In this document: positions 29,499-40,467 of the stretch, piece by piece
Position numbering within the stretch: position 1 is the stretch's first letter
Layout of the letters: the number at the start of each line of letters is the position of its first letter
DNA from: a virus
Lineage: Duplodnaviria; Caudoviricetes
Virus record (IMG/VR): IMGVR_UViG_3300032334_000481
Span: 1 to 56,598 of that record
Length of the DNA: 56,598 nucleotides
Reading direction: 5' to 3' (one strand)
Position numbers and translations under genes: made by a program
The notes under the pieces: model-generated
What the model was told of the DNA's origin: nothing
Databases searched by the model: none
Seen by the model: only the letters and a program-made list of their open reading frames with translations

Positions 29499-29572
29499 AT
29501 TTTTCACCACCTTTCATTGTGAGAATAATCGGGCTTTGTTTCCTCTATATAAGTATAACACGGTTTTAAAAA

Positions 29573-30097
29573 TTAATCTTGTTGGAGCATTGTATAGTCA
29601 TAATATATGACTAGTTTGTTACCGCCATACGTTCTTGCTGTAGCAAAATTGATAATATCTCTAGTTTCTTGAAGTTGAAATACTTTAAAATTGTGAAATC
29701 TAAAGTTTGGCTGGATACTTTCTCCTTCTACCAATATAGAGCCTTTTCTTGTGCACCATTCATTGAGTTCTTCTGCTGACTCATCTTCACGGTCAAGAAG
29801 TCTATTTACTTTTTCAGTAATCTTAATCATGTTAATAATTGAATTTTCGGCAGTAGCATAGAAATAGTATAGTAGTTCTTCACATTTGATATGTGGAAAA
29901 GGCGATTTACGCATACGGATAAGTCTGTCATATGTACACATAACTCCACCTGGAGGAAAGAATTCTGTGACATCATTAATTGTTGATGGGGTAGTTGGGA
30001 AGAATGGAACTGTATCAAATCCAAGTCCTTCTAATTTTTCTTGTAGATAGGCATTGACCCATAATACAGGCGTGTTTAAGATAGATGTTTTAGTCAT
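29573..30097 (-). CDS. Putative tail terminator/neck protein
   Basis: 174 aa, syntenic position before the major tail gene. Confidence 0.55.
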   Translation of the reverse strand: MTKTSILNTPVLWVNAYLQEKLEGLGFDTVPFFPTTPSTINDVTEFFPPGGVMCTYDRLIRMRKSPFPHIKCEELLYYFYATAENSIINMIKITEKVNRLLDREDESAEELNEWCTRKGSILVEGESIQPNFRFHNFKVFQLQETRDIINFATARTYGGNKLVIYYDYTMLQQD

Positions 30098-30777
30098 TAT
30101 TCTATTTTACCACCTTTTGCTGCCCAGCGATATCCAACCTGAAACCCAAGACCTTTTCCTCCACCTTTAATTCCAGAATTTAAATTATCTTTATATGGTC
30201 TAGGATTGTTAAAATGTTCAGTTATTCCACTAGTCATAATATATGATTGAGTAAAATAACTTTCAAAAAAAGTTTTTAATGTTTCTTCAAAACTACCAGC
30301 AACGCTATCTCCACCAGGTCTAGAAACAAGTGTTGGCTTTTTTGTAAAAACAACCTCTCCATCTTTCTCAAATCTTAAAACACCATTTGGCTTTGGCTTG
30401 ATAATAATTGGCATACCATTCTCCATGATGTTAGCCTTATCATAGAATGGTTCTGTTGAATTGTTTGAAAATGAGGTGGATTGTGAAAAAGTATAGTTAA
30501 ATGATAAACTATTTTTTCCAACAACAACATAGTCTATATCAAATAGCCTTGCTTCTGGAGAACCAGTTTGATACCATTCATAAACGTGATGTAGACTTTC
30601 TGGACTTATTCTAGCGTTTGTGTCTATAAAGTTTTTCAATGATTCTATAACTGATTTACCAAGGTTATCCATAATAACTGGTTTTGCTTCTTCTACCCCA
30701 TCTAAAAAACCTATAGAATAGTTAACCAAATTCTTTAAATCTTTTTGAAGGTTCTCTATCTGAAAAGAAACTATCAT
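30097..30777 (-). CDS. Putative tail completion/neck protein
   Basis: 226 aa; IIIKPKPNGVLRF...VVFTK motif typical of HK97 gp10-like neck proteins; synteny. Confidence 0.55.
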   Translation of the reverse strand: MIVSFQIENLQKDLKNLVNYSIGFLDGVEEAKPVIMDNLGKSVIESLKNFIDTNARISPESLHHVYEWYQTGSPEARLFDIDYVVVGKNSLSFNYTFSQSTSFSNNSTEPFYDKANIMENGMPIIIKPKPNGVLRFEKDGEVVFTKKPTLVSRPGGDSVAGSFEETLKTFFESYFTQSYIMTSGITEHFNNPRPYKDNLNSGIKGGGKGLGFQVGYRWAAKGGKIE

Positions 30778-31220
30778 AGGTCAACAGCCTGATTTTCTGA
30801 GCGTCTAAGAATAACTTTGTAATATTCCACTTTTCCAAATGGACCAACAATTGGATTGATAGTGGCAATTTCAAATAGTGTGGCATTACCAGAGCGTGGT
30901 CCTGCACTTTCACTATAAATTGATTCACCGTCTTTGCTACGAATATTAGTAACAACAATGTTTGTAATAGAATATAATGATTCATTACTTGATACTGTTA
31001 GGTCATTCCTTACTCTACCTATAATAGCATTATCAATATTAATGTTTGCTTCTGTTCCAACGTCCTGCTTAAACTTGCTACCGCCAACATTAAAGAAACA
31101 GGCTATAGTCTTATCTAGAACCCATTGCTTTTTAAGGTTTCCATATGCTCCAGTTTCAACGATTGGATAATAAATATCAGCAAGTAGTGGGTATGTGAAG
31201 TCAGTTGTTTCGCATATCAT
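30774..31220 (-). CDS. Putative head closure (stopper) protein
   Basis: 148 aa, beta-rich, follows the adaptor gene. Confidence 0.55.
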   Translation of the reverse strand: MICETTDFTYPLLADIYYPIVETGAYGNLKKQWVLDKTIACFFNVGGSKFKQDVGTEANINIDNAIIGRVRNDLTVSSNESLYSITNIVVTNIRSKDGESIYSESAGPRSGNATLFEIATINPIVGPFGKVEYYKVILRRSENQAVDL

Positions 31221-32377
31221 TATAGTATTGATGGCTTAAATACATTGCCCTTGTAGTTGTTAAGAATCTTATCAACGAGCATGTTGCCAGTTCCCTCCAA
31301 AAATTGTGGGGCAAATTTAATATCGAATTGGTCTGTACTATATTGTGTAACAAATCGTTTGTAATAATCGTTTGAACCACACTTTAATTCTTCAATAAGA
31401 ATTGTTGCAGCCCTTTCGACATCTGGTGGAATAGTCTTATATCCAGCATCTAGAATAAAAGTAAAATCGCTACCTTCTGGGAATGCAACATATCCACTAA
31501 TTGCTCCAGAATATAGACCTAGGTCTCCAGAGGCTGATGGAAGCCTTAGCGGTGTAGATTCATTTCTATTATAAAATCCATTTGCTTCTACCCTAGCGAT
31601 TGCTGAATTATCAAGCAATGTCTTATATTCGTATTCCCAAACTCTAAGAACGCTACCTGCTGTAGTAATATTTCCTGTTGTTGGGTTTGCAAAACTAAAA
31701 GATGTAGTTGTTGGAACTGCTGTAACAATAAATGTTCCACGGTATCCTGTTGGAATAACTGCAGAAATTGTAACGACATCTCCAATTTCATATCCGTGAG
31801 CAGTTGCTGTTGTTAGTGTAACTGTTCCAGATGATATTGTTGGAGTTTGTGTTGCAAGAGTGATAGCAACATCTTCACCATTATAGGTAAGAACATTGTT
31901 CTCATAAACTTTTAGAACTTTGTTGACATTGTGCCAAATAGGAAAATAATCTCCACCCTGTCCTTCTTTTACAATAACTAATTTATGATTATAGAAAGCA
32001 TCTCCATTTGCAGAATGGTCTAAAATATATCCATCCATAATTGACCTTGCAATAATTTCCCATTTCTTATATTCAGCAATGTCTGCTGCTGTGGATGCCA
32101 AAGTATTTGGATTAACATACGGACGATAAACACTTAGATTATCATCGACAACAACTTCTCCAGTTGAGTCTGTTACCCTAAATAAAAATTCACGGTCAAA
32201 CTGTACTTTTGAACGTGATAAAACATATGATATTTGTTTATTTGCATCAGATGTTAATGTTGTTGTTTCGTATGAGTGGTCCACCAAATCCTCAACATAA
32301 ACAGAATATGCAGTATTTGCTGCTGGTACATCCCATTTAGTTGTGATTGGATATGGTGGAACTCTCAATACTTCCAT
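31220..32377 (-). CDS. Putative head-tail adaptor with an inserted beta domain
   Basis: AGYKTIPPDVERAATILI and VDKILNNY connector motifs. Confidence 0.65.
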   Translation of the reverse strand: MEVLRVPPYPITTKWDVPAANTAYSVYVEDLVDHSYETTTLTSDANKQISYVLSRSKVQFDREFLFRVTDSTGEVVVDDNLSVYRPYVNPNTLASTAADIAEYKKWEIIARSIMDGYILDHSANGDAFYNHKLVIVKEGQGGDYFPIWHNVNKVLKVYENNVLTYNGEDVAITLATQTPTISSGTVTLTTATAHGYEIGDVVTISAVIPTGYRGTFIVTAVPTTTSFSFANPTTGNITTAGSVLRVWEYEYKTLLDNSAIARVEANGFYNRNESTPLRLPSASGDLGLYSGAISGYVAFPEGSDFTFILDAGYKTIPPDVERAATILIEELKCGSNDYYKRFVTQYSTDQFDIKFAPQFLEGTGNMLVDKILNNYKGNVFKPSIL

Positions 32378-32773
32378 TTAAGCAAATGCCTCCGCTACTT
32401 CGTCTGGTGTTGCTAGACGAATGCCTTTATGCTTTAGCCAAAACTCTACATGTCTTTTTGAAACAATATTGTATCCAATATTGACTTTTCCTGGTCCATC
32501 TGCATAAAGGTTGCGTGATGAAAAGATTGCAACTTTATTGTTTGCTGATTCTACTACAACCTCTTCTTTTTCTACCTTTGCTTTTTCAGCATTGGTAGTT
32601 GTTGAACCCATTACACCATCTTCATTGAATCCCAATGTAGGTGTATTCTTTTTAGGTTCTGGTGCTACAATTACATCTTCTACTACAACTTCTGCTGGTG
32701 TTTCTACAACGTCTTCAACAACGGTTTCAATTTCAACAGACTTTGTGGTAGGTGTCTTTTTTACTTCAGCCAT
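32378..32773 (-). CDS. Hypothetical protein with acidic low-complexity N-terminus
   Basis: 131 aa, SD AAGGAGG, own TGGTATAAT promoter. Confidence 0.75.
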   Translation of the reverse strand: MAEVKKTPTTKSVEIETVVEDVVETPAEVVVEDVIVAPEPKKNTPTLGFNEDGVMGSTTTNAEKAKVEKEEVVVESANNKVAIFSSRNLYADGPGKVNIGYNIVSKRHVEFWLKHKGIRLATPDEVAEAFA

Positions 32774-32820
32774 GATAAATCCTCCTTAGATTTATTTCAA
32801 TTATACCAGATAAATGTATA

Positions 32821-32852
32821 AAGGGGGCAGAGAAATTAATCCCTACCCCCTT
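32821..32852 (-). terminator. Terminator after the major capsid gene
   Basis: AAGGGGGCAG...CTACCCCCTT inverted repeat followed by T-rich sequence on the minus strand. Confidence 0.7.
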
Positions 32853-32874
32853 CAAATGGTAATGCATTACAGAA

Positions 32875-34023
32875 TTACTCTGTATCTGCATCTTGCCATG
32901 CTACTGCATCCAGTTCTTCCCATGCAATTCCAAAGCGAACGAATACTGTATATTCTACAGTGTCCTTCTTTGGTACATAGAAACGGTTTACAGTGATATC
33001 TCTCTGGAAGCCCCAAATACGGTTCTGTGGGAACGTTAGGTCAACGAATCCTGCAGGGTAGTAAGGAACTTCAAGAACAGGTACACCTAGAACACGAGTC
33101 TGACGTGCTCCACCAAAGGTCTGGTTTGCACCACCTAGGAACTCTCCACGAGAGCCTTCGGTAGAACCAATGTTAGCAATTACTGTACCGTTATTTCTAA
33201 CAATATTAGCAAATGTATCTGTACCAGCATAGAACTTTAGTCCGTTAGTGATAGCACGGTATCTGCGAGGCATAGCCAAGATAAGTGCTTGCATTTTTTC
33301 AACTGTCCATTCTGTAACTGCAGACGCATTGGTAACCTGGTGAGCAGCACCAGAGGTAGAACCTGCTGGAGTTGCCCAAGTAGAACCCTTTTCCAAGTTA
33401 ATGAATCCGTTCATAATGCTTAGGAACGAACCAGTTGAACCGTCACCGTTAATGGCTAGGTCTTCGATGTCGTTACCGAAAGCATTAGTCATAAGACGAA
33501 CTAGGTGGTCCTCCAAAGCGGCACCCTCGATGTTATCTTCGAGTGACTCTGCAGAAACTTCCCAGTCTAGACGAATCTTCTTAGTAGTTAGTTCAACCTT
33601 TGAGAAAGTTGCACCAGTGTTAGTATAAGTTGAAACACCCTGGTTTGCAGCACGAATAACACGGTCGCCCACGTTAATCTTCTCCAATTCCATTGTATTT
33701 GCTCTCATCGTTACTCTGCGTCCATCTTGTGCAAGTGTGGTTGCGTCCCAAACATAGTCGATAAATCGTCTTGCCTGTTCAGGGCGTAGGATACCAGTAC
33801 CTGGGTAAGTGTTGTTCGCAGTGCTAGATGGGTTTACACCATTTGCACCAGAGGTAACACCAAAGTTAGCGGTTGGGCTAGTGCTTAGGTATGTACCGTG
33901 TTCTGAGAAAGCAGCAGTTCCGTTTGTTGGGGAACCAGTTGCTCCGAAAGCACCTTCAGCGTTAGGAAAGTTCGAGACTGGACTAGCACCTGAAGGCATA
34001 TTTTTGATAATTTCTTCTGACAT
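32875..34023 (-). CDS. Major capsid protein (HK97 fold)
   Basis: GILRPEQARRFIDYV, ESLEDNIEG, NDIEDLAINGD, LGVPVLEVP; follows the protease gene; SD AGGAGGTG favours ATG 34023. Confidence 0.92.
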   Translation of the reverse strand: MSEEIIKNMPSGASPVSNFPNAEGAFGATGSPTNGTAAFSEHGTYLSTSPTANFGVTSGANGVNPSSTANNTYPGTGILRPEQARRFIDYVWDATTLAQDGRRVTMRANTMELEKINVGDRVIRAANQGVSTYTNTGATFSKVELTTKKIRLDWEVSAESLEDNIEGAALEDHLVRLMTNAFGNDIEDLAINGDGSTGSFLSIMNGFINLEKGSTWATPAGSTSGAAHQVTNASAVTEWTVEKMQALILAMPRRYRAITNGLKFYAGTDTFANIVRNNGTVIANIGSTEGSRGEFLGGANQTFGGARQTRVLGVPVLEVPYYPAGFVDLTFPQNRIWGFQRDITVNRFYVPKKDTVEYTVFVRFGIAWEELDAVAWQDADTE

Positions 34024-34047
34024 TTTATTTTTCACCTCCTAGTGAGT

Positions 34048-35298
34048 TTATTTTAGTAAATCGGATGTTGTGAGGAAACTTCCGCCCCATACTGATTTTT
34101 CCACCAGTACTGGTTCCTGAATGACCTCTCCGAGGTCACCAGACTTACGGAAAGCGGTGTCTGCTTCTACAGCATCAATACGCTTTCCAAGATTGTTAAA
34201 GTCTGACTCTGCATCTGCAACCTTTGAGGTAACAAATCCGAGGGACTTCTTTAGTTCAGCAACTTCTGTCAATAGTGATGCATTTGCATCTGCTAGAGAC
34301 TTTACAATTGCTGCAATGTCGCTAAAGGCTGTTGTAACTGTTGAGCCTAGTTCTGAAACTGCCTTAGCAATCTCTTCCTCTGGAACTGGAACAACTTCTT
34401 CTACAACTTCTTCTACATGTGTTGGGTCTGCTACTGGAGCGTCTTCAACAACTTCTTCTGTAGCAGGAGCGTCAACTACAACTTCTGCCTCTGGAGCGAC
34501 ATCTACTGATTCAACGTTTACGTTTTCATCGGTCATGTTATCATTCTCCTTTTTAATAATCTTAGAAGTATTAATGCCTTTAGCACTATCAACTAAGAAC
34601 TTTACCATGTCAAGTTTATCATTGTCTGACTTCTCGACAAAACCTATGTTTTGCATTTGTGCTCCAGTAACTGGACTTAATGCTGAATCCTCTTCTGAGA
34701 TTGTTACTAGTCCTGATTCTTTGTCCCAGAATACATTTTCTAGAACTGCTTCGGTACCCTCGCCAGTAATGGTGTCTACACCATCTACCTTTTCAACTGA
34801 TAGGATGTTTGCAAACTGATTTGCAGGACTGTCAACTAGGGATAACTCAACCAAGTCGTAATCCTTAATAATTCTAATAGCGGAATCGCTCTTCTCATCG
34901 TAGCCATCATCCCACTTGTTCATCTTACCGCCAATAGAAAAGCCTGTGTATGTTCCATCTAGAACCTTTTCCCATGCATCCTGAGCACCCTTTGAAACGT
35001 ATGCTGATACATAGATACCCTGATAGAACTTCTTTGTCTCTGGGTCAAAATACTTGTCTTCTTTGAATGCTACCATTTTGCCTACTGCTTTTGGTTGGTG
35101 CATCTCACGGATGTTACCACGGAATTTAGAGAAGGCTGATACAGATGCCTCTGGAGTAACGATATCATTCTGCTTGTCAATGTTATCAAGCGTGGCAAAT
35201 CCAGATACGATTCTACGTTCTGCATCTACCTTAGTGAGAGGCATAGAGATACGGACATTATTTCCGTCAATGTTAAAATGTGCCTTCTGAATACTCAT
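34048..35298 (-). CDS. Prohead maturation protease fused to acidic scaffold-like C-terminus
   Basis: IREMH, TGFSIGG, LVELSLVDSPAN motifs; E/V-rich linker and coiled coil. Confidence 0.9.
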   Translation of the reverse strand: MSIQKAHFNIDGNNVRISMPLTKVDAERRIVSGFATLDNIDKQNDIVTPEASVSAFSKFRGNIREMHQPKAVGKMVAFKEDKYFDPETKKFYQGIYVSAYVSKGAQDAWEKVLDGTYTGFSIGGKMNKWDDGYDEKSDSAIRIIKDYDLVELSLVDSPANQFANILSVEKVDGVDTITGEGTEAVLENVFWDKESGLVTISEEDSALSPVTGAQMQNIGFVEKSDNDKLDMVKFLVDSAKGINTSKIIKKENDNMTDENVNVESVDVAPEAEVVVDAPATEEVVEDAPVADPTHVEEVVEEVVPVPEEEIAKAVSELGSTVTTAFSDIAAIVKSLADANASLLTEVAELKKSLGFVTSKVADAESDFNNLGKRIDAVEADTAFRKSGDLGEVIQEPVLVEKSVWGGSFLTTSDLLK

Positions 35299-35357
35299 AC
35301 TACTAATTATAGCCCCTTTTTATGAAAGTGTTATGTAATTGTTATTATACCACTTTT

Positions 35358-36956
35358 TTAGGAGGAGCGTCTCCCCTCGCCCTTTGGATTTCTACCAGCA
35401 GTTGTAGCAGCATTATCTGCTTGTGCCTGTTGGCGTTGTGCATCACGCTCTCTATTACCTGCATTATTTGCATTTGAATCTGCTGCCTGTCTAGCAGTTG
35501 GTTGAACCATAGAATCGCTTTCTGAGCGTTCTGGCAAGTTAAGAAGTTCACGAGCCTCGTTAGGAACCATAATCTGGTTCTTAACATAGTTAGTAAGAAT
35601 CTGTGACTGAGCCAACTCATCAGTAAGAGTAAGTTCATTAAACTTAAATTCTAGAATATCTGTTTTTTCACGAATAATCTTATTAAGAATTTTTTCAAGA
35701 TTACGTTGTGCTGGTCTTGCTACCTGTTCTTTAAATGTACGGTCTTGTGCTAGTGAGTCTGCAATTGTTGAAGAACTGCTACCACCTAATTTAGACAATG
35801 GAACTTGGTGGGCAACCAAAATATCATCACGATTCTGTTCACGGTATTTTGTAAATGAGCCTTCTTGAACACCAGCCTCAATAGGTTCCATCTTGAACTC
35901 AACCTTATTGTTTTCAGTATCTCCTGGAAGTGGAATGTAAAGAGTTCTGTGAGACTGTCCCTTAAGACCTGTCTGCAAGAAACGGAATAGTTTGTCTTCT
36001 GCTTCTTGTGTAAGTTGTGCACCCTTTAAAGTCACAATATAACGTGGAACAGCCTTGTTATTGAAATAGTCAATATTGTATTGTGTTGCAAGCATATCGC
36101 CTAGTAATGCTGGCATAGCAGCAATTACATCTGGAACACCATAAAAAGTATTTAGTGGAGAGTATTCTTTAATGTGGATAATCTCATTTGGTCTTTGGTC
36201 ATCTGTAATATAGTTAACGTTCTTTGCACCAAAGTTACGAAAATAAACTACCTTGTTAGCAATAATTTGAACATACCCATCACGAAGTCTGCGAACACGC
36301 ATTGTTGATGCAGGAATATGACCAATATAACCAATCTCCCCTGTAACTGTTCTACCAACTTCAATGTATCCATTGCCCATTGTATGAACATCTGTAAATA
36401 CTTTTTCAAGGACGGATGAAAATGATTCGTCCTGGTTTAGGCTTTCTAGCCAATCTTTTAGTTGTACTTTAAGTCTTTCAATACGTTTACGAGCACGAGC
36501 CATTTGGTCTGCTGATGCTGCTTCTAGTTTTAGATTAGTTTTATCTGAAACAATAAAATCATAGCCAAGACCAACTGTATTTTCAACCTTGGCATCAATG
36601 GCAGCGTGGTTAGCAAATGAAGTGTCATAGTAGTTTGCTAGTTCGTAAAGATTGTATGGTGGGGTAATGACATCAAACAATGCATATGCATTACGGAATA
36701 CTACACCAGGATTAATAGCATTTGAACGTGCTTCTCCAATACCCATTTGAATTGCACCAGCAGATTCTAAATATGCATCATCTCCCAAAGCCTTAACCAT
36801 TCTAGAACTTCTACGTTTAAAGTTTGTTTGCATTCCAGAAAATGATTTAATTTCATCCCATGACTTAATGAATGGGTCGTGGTCAGCAAACTCGTTCTTT
36901 AGTACTTGTGCTTCATCTAGGCGAGCAGGAGTGTTAGCATATTCATAATAACTCAC
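35358..36956 (-). CDS. Portal protein
   Basis: GNGYIEV, EIIHIKEYSPLNTFYGVP, DILVAHQVP, PNEARELLNLP; upstream of the protease. Confidence 0.92.
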   Translation of the reverse strand: MSYYEYANTPARLDEAQVLKNEFADHDPFIKSWDEIKSFSGMQTNFKRRSSRMVKALGDDAYLESAGAIQMGIGEARSNAINPGVVFRNAYALFDVITPPYNLYELANYYDTSFANHAAIDAKVENTVGLGYDFIVSDKTNLKLEAASADQMARARKRIERLKVQLKDWLESLNQDESFSSVLEKVFTDVHTMGNGYIEVGRTVTGEIGYIGHIPASTMRVRRLRDGYVQIIANKVVYFRNFGAKNVNYITDDQRPNEIIHIKEYSPLNTFYGVPDVIAAMPALLGDMLATQYNIDYFNNKAVPRYIVTLKGAQLTQEAEDKLFRFLQTGLKGQSHRTLYIPLPGDTENNKVEFKMEPIEAGVQEGSFTKYREQNRDDILVAHQVPLSKLGGSSSSTIADSLAQDRTFKEQVARPAQRNLEKILNKIIREKTDILEFKFNELTLTDELAQSQILTNYVKNQIMVPNEARELLNLPERSESDSMVQPTARQAADSNANNAGNRERDAQRQQAQADNAATTAGRNPKGEGRRSS

Positions 36957-37351
36957 TAGTCATCACTTCCAAATTGGTCAAAAGTTTTCTTTGCATCGAT
37001 AAGTGCACCGAGGTCTGTTTCTGAAGGAATGTATCCTTGAGCCATTCTATCAATCTGCTCACTGTATTCTTCATCCGATACCTTGCGAACATTGGCAAAA
37101 AATACTGCCTGACCATCTGGCTTTCCTAGCCAAGATGCCTCATTACGAAGTAGAGCAATTCTAGACTCATCGCCTCGCATTGAGTCAATTGATAATGCAT
37201 TTCCTTCGTCATCTGTAAAAAATTTACCAGAACGTAACTGCCAAACGTAGATTCCATAGTCTGAAAAAGGCTCTTCTACGATAGAAACCTTTGTTTTACC
37301 AATTTGGTTGGGCATGACTTGACCAATATCTTTTGTAGTATCTATATTCAT
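36956..37351 (-). CDS. Hypothetical protein upstream of the portal
   Basis: ORF coupled to the portal; TGGTATACT-N7-ATG suggests a near-leaderless start at 37351. Confidence 0.75.
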   Translation of the reverse strand: MNIDTTKDIGQVMPNQIGKTKVSIVEEPFSDYGIYVWQLRSGKFFTDDEGNALSIDSMRGDESRIALLRNEASWLGKPDGQAVFFANVRKVSDEEYSEQIDRMAQGYIPSETDLGALIDAKKTFDQFGSDD

Positions 37352-37369
37352 AACCACTAGTATACCACA

Positions 37370-40300
37370 TTATGATACATTAGTGATATAAGTTTGACGA
37401 ATTGGTGTGTTTAAATATGTATATCCTCCATCAATTATGCCTAAATTATTAGTTATACTTGTTTCTCCAACAATTCTATTTGTTCCAGTAAACATAGAAT
37501 ACATGTTTGTTGAGGATATTGCGTTTGGTCCTAAAACATTTTCCCATGAGCCAGTATCACTAACAACAGACCATTTATACGAGGTTATTGAGTTCCAGGT
37601 TGTGTTCCAGTTTATTAGACTATTTAACCAATAACTGTTATCAATAATAAAATTCCAACTATAAGGTGTTGTTGTTAATGGTGATTCCCAGGTAAATGAT
37701 GTTATATCATTCCATGTTCCATCGGCAAACTTAAATTGATAATAAGATAAATTATCTATTGAAATTCCACCAATTAAATTAAACTCTCCTGTAATATCAA
37801 ATATAAGTGGTTCTTTAAAAAATATTCCAAGCGTGTACCAACGATTTGTGTTTATTGTTGGAGAATTATCATGTTTTCCATTTATAAAATAAAATACTTT
37901 ATCATCTGGTGTACCATTTAGTGAAGCAGAAATTATTGCAGTATCTCCATTTCCTGTTCTTGTTAAAACAACTTCAACGGTTTTATTTTTAGCCTTTATC
38001 TCAAAAACTTTTTCTGAGGCATTTGGAAATTTTGCATAAAAAGGAGAGGAACTAGTATCTAATTCTGAATTGTAAAATATTGATAATTGCAGCATACTTA
38101 TATTTGCTGTATCGTTAATTGGAATTCTAATTCCACGGACAGTATTAGCAACTGTTTTATCAAATCCAACTAGTCTAATTCCAGAATCTCTGCTCATGTA
38201 TGTATATGGATTTTCTCTTTTACTAATCAGAAATGGATTATATCCATTGTAGTTATATAATGATGTTGATGTATTATATGTATATGGGATGATTTCTGTT
38301 CCATATTTTGTTCCGATTGATTTTGTTGAACTTTCATCATATGCTTGTGATGATAGTTGCATTTTTTGAATTTGAATTAAATTATTTTCGGTATCTGCAA
38401 CATTAAAATCTATATGTATAACTAGGTTATATTCTCTAATGTCTATGCCAGTTGGTGGGTAAATTATAAATCCATCTACTACCTCGTATTTTGTTGTTTC
38501 CCAAGATACATCTGGAATGACTGTTCTATCCAAACTTGGCTCTACATTTGTAGTGAAAGTAGAGTCTGGCTGATAGGAATTAAACACTGGCTCAAATGTT
38601 ATATATGTTTTTATGTTTGAATTTTCATAATTATTAGTATCAAAGTATTTTTTAGAAGACACTGTTTTGTTTAATAGTGATGATTCATAATCAATGTTAA
38701 ATTGAATAAAGTTATACGGATATACCGTGTCATTTTCTACTTTACAAAATTGTGACAAAGGAATTGCATTTTTCCAATATCCATTAGTAAATACACCTAG
38801 CCTATATCCAGTACTTGTAAAATTTAAATAATCTTGGTATGGCTTAATCTCATAACTACCTACAATGTCATTTGCTACTGAACCTGCTATAGTTAAAACA
38901 TTGCTTCCGTCAACTGGATATGTGAATGTTCCAGATGATGAAACTAGAGATGAGCGTTTTGACAAATTTTCTTCTGTTAAGAATTTGACTGAATAAATAT
39001 TAGCATCGCATGTTTGCGAAACAGTTAAGTCATCATCTCCACCAATATAAACAATTAAATCGGATTGGTTAGAGAAGAAGTTTTTTACATCTGCCCCACT
39101 TCCCTGCTGATTTTGTGTCAAACAATATGTTATAAAAGCATCTATATCTATGCCAATAATAAAATTAAAATTTGAAGAATATGAAATAAGATTGTTTGTG
39201 TTTTCTGAAAATATCTCGTATTCTGTTCCTGACTGATAATTTATTCTATAGGAGATTGTAGAATTATTTACAATTATAGAAAAATATTGATTTGAATTTT
39301 CCTTATTAACAATTTTGAATAAAACTTGGTCTGAAGTTGGTAATGAAGTATAGTATCCATGAATATAAAAACCTTTTGTTTGCTGAGTCATTATATTTAG
39401 TTTTTCAACTTGTAAATTTGATATTGCAGTAGACATTGTTCCAGATTTTAGGTTAAATACTGTTCCAGAAATTGTGCTTTCTAAATCAGTAATGATTTTT
39501 GTATCTGAGTTTAGTGTTGCTTTGTTATATTGATAATTAGATATATAGTTGTTATCGACTACAACGTTGTCTGTTTTTGATTGTTTCCAACTGGCATTTG
39601 AAGTGTAATTGTAGTTAACAGCATATTTAGATTTAGAATAATCAACTACTATAGACTTTCCATTAAAGTTTCTAACTACGTTATCTGGAAAAGAAACTCC
39701 ATGTCCAAATCCAAATCTTCTTAAAGCCTGGACGGTATCTATCTGATAAGTGTATGTTGATATGCAGTCATAAGTACCCTGCCCAAATGAAAGATATTCC
39801 GTATCTGTTAATGTGTTCAAGTCTGTGTCTGATAGTGATAAATATATCAAATCTTCTCCATTTACTATCAGTTTAGATGAATTTGAAGTATTTACAATTT
39901 GAATTAAGAATGGTCTATTGAAATCTTTAATATATGCGGTTCCACTTTTACCACCAATTTGCAATATAAATGATGTCTGATTAACATATAAACCATTGCC
40001 ATCATCCGTTGCAGAATATGCACCAACAATTTTTCTTTTACCAAGGTATGGTTTTTCTATTTTTGTCCAGAATTCTAAAGTGTTATTATTGTATCTACCA
40101 TTGTAAGTAAAGATTCCTTTTGACGGTATGTTTATTGTATTATTTGAACCAGAAAAAAATACCGAATAGTCGGAACCAAAAACAATTGGAGCAACTTTTT
40201 CAAAGTTAACTGATGATGTTATAAACCCAAAATTATTTGCTGTATTTAAAGAACGAACTATTTTTCCAGTTATTGGTGATAAATTTTGGTCAAGGTCAGA

Positions 40301-40405
40301 AAGATTTATGCTGGCAAAGTTAAGCACTTCATCATCGAATATATATATTGACGTAGGATGTTCTTGCAAAATTTTTTCTGCATAGGAGTGTGATATATTA
40401 GCCAT
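37370..40405 (-). CDS. Large virion-type protein with LamG/ConA-like N-terminal region
   Basis: SYAEKILQEHP start, TLEFW, LIVNGE motifs; Trp-repeat C-terminus; 1011 aa. Confidence 0.6.
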   Translation of the reverse strand: MANISHSYAEKILQEHPTSIYIFDDEVLNFASINLSDLDQNLSPITGKIVRSLNTANNFGFITSSVNFEKVAPIVFGSDYSVFFSGSNNTINIPSKGIFTYNGRYNNNTLEFWTKIEKPYLGKRKIVGAYSATDDGNGLYVNQTSFILQIGGKSGTAYIKDFNRPFLIQIVNTSNSSKLIVNGEDLIYLSLSDTDLNTLTDTEYLSFGQGTYDCISTYTYQIDTVQALRRFGFGHGVSFPDNVVRNFNGKSIVVDYSKSKYAVNYNYTSNASWKQSKTDNVVVDNNYISNYQYNKATLNSDTKIITDLESTISGTVFNLKSGTMSTAISNLQVEKLNIMTQQTKGFYIHGYYTSLPTSDQVLFKIVNKENSNQYFSIIVNNSTISYRINYQSGTEYEIFSENTNNLISYSSNFNFIIGIDIDAFITYCLTQNQQGSGADVKNFFSNQSDLIVYIGGDDDLTVSQTCDANIYSVKFLTEENLSKRSSLVSSSGTFTYPVDGSNVLTIAGSVANDIVGSYEIKPYQDYLNFTSTGYRLGVFTNGYWKNAIPLSQFCKVENDTVYPYNFIQFNIDYESSLLNKTVSSKKYFDTNNYENSNIKTYITFEPVFNSYQPDSTFTTNVEPSLDRTVIPDVSWETTKYEVVDGFIIYPPTGIDIREYNLVIHIDFNVADTENNLIQIQKMQLSSQAYDESSTKSIGTKYGTEIIPYTYNTSTSLYNYNGYNPFLISKRENPYTYMSRDSGIRLVGFDKTVANTVRGIRIPINDTANISMLQLSIFYNSELDTSSSPFYAKFPNASEKVFEIKAKNKTVEVVLTRTGNGDTAIISASLNGTPDDKVFYFINGKHDNSPTINTNRWYTLGIFFKEPLIFDITGEFNLIGGISIDNLSYYQFKFADGTWNDITSFTWESPLTTTPYSWNFIIDNSYWLNSLINWNTTWNSITSYKWSVVSDTGSWENVLGPNAISSTNMYSMFTGTNRIVGETSITNNLGIIDGGYTYLNTPIRQTYITNVS

Positions 40406-40430
40406 ATCTACTATTCTATCACATAAGAAA

Positions 40431-40458
40431 ATACCCTGCCAAGTTAATGACAGGGTAT
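40431..40458 (-). terminator. Terminator after the RNR gene
   Basis: ATACCCTG/CAGGGTAT stem followed by TTTCTT on the minus strand. Confidence 0.7.
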
Positions 40459-40467
40459 CTTACCTAT

